From contig NIVC01005081.1 in assembly GCA_002269645.1 (NCBI GenBank), forward strand, positions 1 to 26,804: 26,804 bases of DNA, read 5' to 3'. Below are positions 24,154-26,804 of the stretch, piece after piece. The position numbers and the translations under genes are program-made. The notes beneath the pieces are model-generated. The model searched no databases and had not been told where the DNA came from. It saw nothing but the letters and a program-made list of their open reading frames with translations. Within the stretch, counting starts at the first letter, position 1; each line of letters opens with the position of its first letter. Source of the stretch: Macrostomum lignano. Its lineage: Eukaryota.

Positions 24154-24371
24154 GTGGCAGTGTTCGGCGCGAGGGGGTATGCAATTTTTCGCGCCTTGTG
24201 TAAATTTTCAGGCTTATGAGTTCTCTACTATAAAACCTAGCATAGGTGCAGTAGCAGAAACAGGAGCTTAACTTGACAAGTCTGCGTGTCGAATGACTTT
24301 TTTAGATAGACATTTTTAATGACCTTTTTAGGGGTTCATGTGCCCACAAAAATGGCTTTTCTGGGGTAAAT

Positions 24372-24536
24372 GGGGGCTCCAGCCAAGGACTACTTAAGTA
24401 GAAGGATGCAAGACTCAGAATTGGTGAGAATTTCATTGGAGGCCTCCAACGAATTTTCCACGAAAGTTGAGTCTTGCGTCCTATATACTAGTATTCGTTA
24501 CTTTAGTCGTCCTTGGCTCAAGCCAGCAAAGCCCCC
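24372..24536. repeat. Imperfect long palindrome (possible decayed MITE or hairpin)
   Basis: Core 24403-24482: arms AGGA(T/C)GCAAGACTCA match at 14/15, centred on TTGGAGGCCTCCAA. Outer arms AGCCAAGGAC (24381) / GTCCTTGGCT (24509) and GGGGGCT / AGCCCCC. Confidence 0.7.
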
Positions 24537-25097
24537 TCCCCTGCATTTGCTACTGCCTAGGTGTATATCCAATATATGTACTTACAACAAAATAATTGAA
24601 TTCGCAAACATCAACGCAAATTTGGCTGCAATTCACTTGGAGATCATGACTAAGAAACTAAGAAATACTGTTAATACAAAGATTTGGGATCCACTGTATC
24701 AGAGTGCAATACAGAACTTATAGTCAGGTAGAACAGGCAGCAAAACATATTGTGTCTACAGGCAAAAGAGGAATTTTATACTTCCAAATTCGCGCCCCTG
24801 ATGGACAAGGAAATTTGCGCCATATCTTTAGAATTCGCGCATTCGCGCCTGACTCCGAAGACTGATCTGTGGGAATGCTTGCTGTCTTGGCGATGTTTTC
24901 TTTTTAGGGGGGAATGGCTGTCGTCTTTGTGAAAACTTTATTTATTGTTTTTCTGTTAATTTATAAAAAAAGAATGAGATTCATAGTAATCATCTTTGTC
25001 TTCAACAAGATGTTTTTGAGCATCATTAAAGCTTCCTAAAATTGTTGTTGTTCCAATCTCTTTAATTGAGTGTCTCACAGTAAGAGACCGTCTTTAC

Positions 25098-25385
25098 GGC
25101 GGTTGCAGCTTAGTGATTTAGAGCCTCGGACTCACAACTGGAAGGTCGGGGGTTCGATTCCTAATCCCACTCGATCGGAACAATTTGTGCCCTTGAGCAA
25201 GACAATTAACTCTGCATTGCTTCAGTTCACCCAGCTGTAAAATGAGTGCCAGCATTAGCTGGGGTAGTTGAGGGTGTGTGTGGCGACCCCCCAGTCCTTG
25301 GACTGAACAGCCATGACCCGTGAATCGTGAACGACAGGAAAGCATTAGACAAAGGCAGGAAAAGTGCTTCTTTTACTATCTGATT
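25098..25385 (+). mobile_element. tRNA-derived SINE with Deu/Nin-like central domain
   Basis: A-box-like GCAGCTTAGTGAT, B box GGTTCGATTCC (25151-25161), then TGTGCCCTTGAGCAAGACA..TTAACT..CAGTTCACCCAGCTGTAAAATGAGT, which resembles the Deu/Nin SINE core. The 3' end is approximate. Confidence 0.8.
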
Positions 25386-25926
25386 TATTGTAGGAGACAC
25401 AGTCAGTTTGCTGTGGAATATATTTTTTGAGAACAAAGAAGACATTAAAATTGCATATAATATTTATTTATTATCAATATTATATGACATGTTGTTATTT
25501 TTTAATATAACTGAATCATCTAGAAAGCCACACACACTAGAACAGCTTTCTCGTGGATACAATATTAAGCCTTTTGACAAAGCCAGCAAGCCTTAAAACA
25601 CAAATTATAACAAATAAGGTATTATTTTGTTAGGCCGGGGGACCAGTGAACATAACCAAACTCAATTGAATAGCAACTTTGGAAATAAGCAATTCTTCCA
25701 ACTTCTGAATATTAATGCAACAGATGACGAAATTATAAGTCATTATAAATACCTTTTTATATAGAATTAGAAAAATAAAATTACAAAAACTAGGCTAGGA
25801 TAATAATAGAATATTATTTGCTTCAAAAAGATGTACAATACGCACAATATACGCGGCCAGATCTCGGGTCGGGTAGAGGCTGGTAGCAGAGAACAGCCAA
25901 TACAGCACTGTTATATACAAGCAGAA

Positions 25927-25969
25927 GACAGAGACAGACAGACAGACAGACAGACAGAGACAGACAGAC

Positions 25970-26004
<35 letters not shown>

Positions 26005-26033
26005 CACAGCACAGCACAGACAGACAGACAGGC

Positions 26034-26066
<33 letters not shown>

Positions 26067-26069
26067 CTA

Positions 26070-26102
<33 letters not shown>

Positions 26103-26133
26103 CTAAGATAGACAGACAGACAGACAGACAGAC
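25927..26133. repeat. Interrupted (GACA)n microsatellite
   Basis: Direct reading; CACTAAGATA interruptions at 26065 and 26101. Confidence 0.97.
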
Positions 26134-26804
26134 GGAACAAATGACAGACAAAGTTAAAGCAAAGTGAACAAAAAGTGAAAGATTACAGAGCTGGGATTTG
26201 GGATAAATATATATGCATTCTAATATTGGTACAATAATTAACATTATTAATTGACAATAAGATCACATATATCGAATCTGTATTGTACCATTCTGCTCAA
26301 ATTCTGTCTGTCTATCAATATTTTTGACATTGTTAAACTGATGTGACACAAAGTTAAGAATTGCGAGCGACCAAGCTGAATATTAATAATTATTTATTCA
26401 ATTGAAAAACACCAATGGACATTTTAGAACGGAGAGGGGGCGATTTAACATTGAACCGGTGCACTGCAAGAATGACGGTGTTTCAGACATATGATCTGGT
26501 ATTTAAAAAACTTTAAAGGACCAATGAATACAATTGTTTTTATTTAGTTTAGGGACAATTTTTAACACTGCAGAAGTTCCCGTCAACATCTGCCTTGCAA
26601 ACACAAACAAGAAAGCAATAAGGGCGACACAACAGGCTGCAAACTAGGCATTTAAATAATGTCAAACAACAAAGAAACGGACACAAGATGCACATATTTT
26701 AGTCAGCGTCAATAAAATAATTATAAAGGATTTAAGTGCCTGCGGATATTCTGCTCTAATTTCTAATGCTGGGCTGTTGCTACAGAAAACATTCAAGTTA
26801 AAAA

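Noticed and set aside
20997-24219. ORFs over the 14-bp, 21-25-bp and 19-20-bp arrays
   Set aside because: Periodic translations of minisatellites lying between assigned exons, with no start or splice context.
24370-24723. 117-aa plus-strand ORF
   Set aside because: Overlaps the palindrome, has no recognisable motifs or splice context, and lies in AT-rich sequence.
25098-25170. tRNA gene
   Set aside because: A and B boxes are present but I cannot build a full cloverleaf or acceptor stem, and the sequence continues into a SINE core.
24560-25900. Additional upstream exon candidates (~24586-24649, ~24782-24866, ~25851-25905)
   Set aside because: Short open frames with weak donors. Phases can be made to fit but there is no homology support, so they are not called.

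Overview
This is eukaryotic (invertebrate metazoan) genomic DNA, not prokaryotic: it has GT-AG introns, GC-rich exons and very long micro/minisatellites. The style resembles the flatworm Macrostomum, which is an inference. Many track ORFs start at GTG/TTG or translate simple repeats and are artefacts. Two spliced minus-strand gene models can be built with phase-consistent splice sites. One is a plakin-like gene (at least 11 exons, 23190->18295, with a plakin-type SH3 and plectin-like repeats, open at both ends). The other is a 4-exon, ~520-aa gene of unknown function (6119->2816). Between them, on the plus strand, is a ~6.7-kb Penelope-like retroelement (PLE, 8068-14802) with an intact RT + GIY-YIG frame, Neptune-like Cys motifs, partial-tandem pseudo-LTRs and a minimal hammerhead ribozyme. 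This element has several unusual features: (i) an ATG-less upstream ORF1 ending in U UUA AAC UAG, the canonical -1 slippery heptamer, which would fuse it to the RT frame (that frame has no ATG before its conserved N-terminal motif); (ii) an apparent domain permutation, with the conserved RT-EN linker lying after the GIY-YIG domain; (iii) an SGNH-like fold pattern in ORF1; (iv) a phase-compatible retained intron; (v) both junctions in microsatellites, the 3' one abutting a ~3.5-kb (GATA)n array. The window also holds a tRNA-derived SINE with a Deu/Nin-like core, five minisatellite arrays and an imperfect palindrome.
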